DNA of 64,000 nucleotides from Escherichia phage ESCO5. The notes below the pieces were generated by a model. The model had not been told where the DNA came from. It did no database searches and saw only the letters and a list, made by a program, of their open reading frames with translations. This document shows, piece after piece, positions 63,839 through 64,000 of the stretch. The position numbers were made by a program, and so were the translations under genes. The first letter of the stretch is position 1; each line of letters begins with the position of its first letter. The stretch lies in the sequence record NC_047776.2; one strand, written 5' to 3'.

Positions 63839-64000
63839 TATAAATAATAGTCTGCTTGTCATGAGCGGGATTAGTTGACATTGTTCCGTCATATGATGAA
63901 GTTGCCAAACCATTGATAAATAAGTGTTTGTGTGATTTATAATCAAGTGGCCCACCTTGTCGCTATGTTGGCATGAGCCTTGCATAAGTCATTGAATACG

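Noticed and set aside
1-64000. Lysogeny functions (integrase, CI-type repressor, attachment site) or a prophage boundary.
   Set aside because: No tyrosine/serine recombinase or repressor-like ORF recognised; gene content (own polymerase, primase-helicase, ribonucleotide reductase, many early genes) fits a virulent phage.

Overview
This 64-kb window reads as a contiguous piece of a large, virulent, contractile-tailed dsDNA phage of an enterobacterial-type host (AT-rich; sigma70-type promoters; a protein carrying an E. coli-like SSB acidic tail). No integrase or repressor, rRNA, tRNA or CRISPR array was recognised. All calls come from motif recognition by eye on the supplied translations and sequence; no database search or computation was run. 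Layout: (1) 1-12.8 kb, + strand: baseplate and tail-fibre module, including a beta-helix tailspike, a collagen-like fibre and a fibre with leucine-rich repeats. (2) 12.8-48.6 kb, - strand: replication and nucleotide metabolism (SSB-like protein, family A DNA polymerase with an intein-like insertion, N6-adenine methyltransferase, T7 gp4-like primase-helicase, SF1 helicase, anaerobic ribonucleotide reductase NrdD/NrdG), four clustered glycosyltransferases, and a Ter-like module (TerD, TerD-vWA, TelA-like, TerC, phosphoribosyltransferase, HAD-like, macro, SprT-like). (3) 48.7-54.6 kb, + strand: small genes, an AAA ATPase, a multi-zinc-ribbon protein and a NADAR protein. (4) 54.6-55.9 kb: non-coding region with iteron-like repeats and Fur-box-like palindromes. 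(5) 55.9-62.8 kb, + strand: about 20 small genes, most preceded by a promoter plus GC-rich stem-loop cassette, one tandemly duplicated. (6) 62.9-64.0 kb: non-coding, A+C-skewed region with further Fur-like boxes and a perfect palindrome. The most notable candidates are the phage-borne Ter-like/ADP-ribose module, the glycosyltransferase quartet, the polymerase intein and the promoter-stem-loop cassettes.
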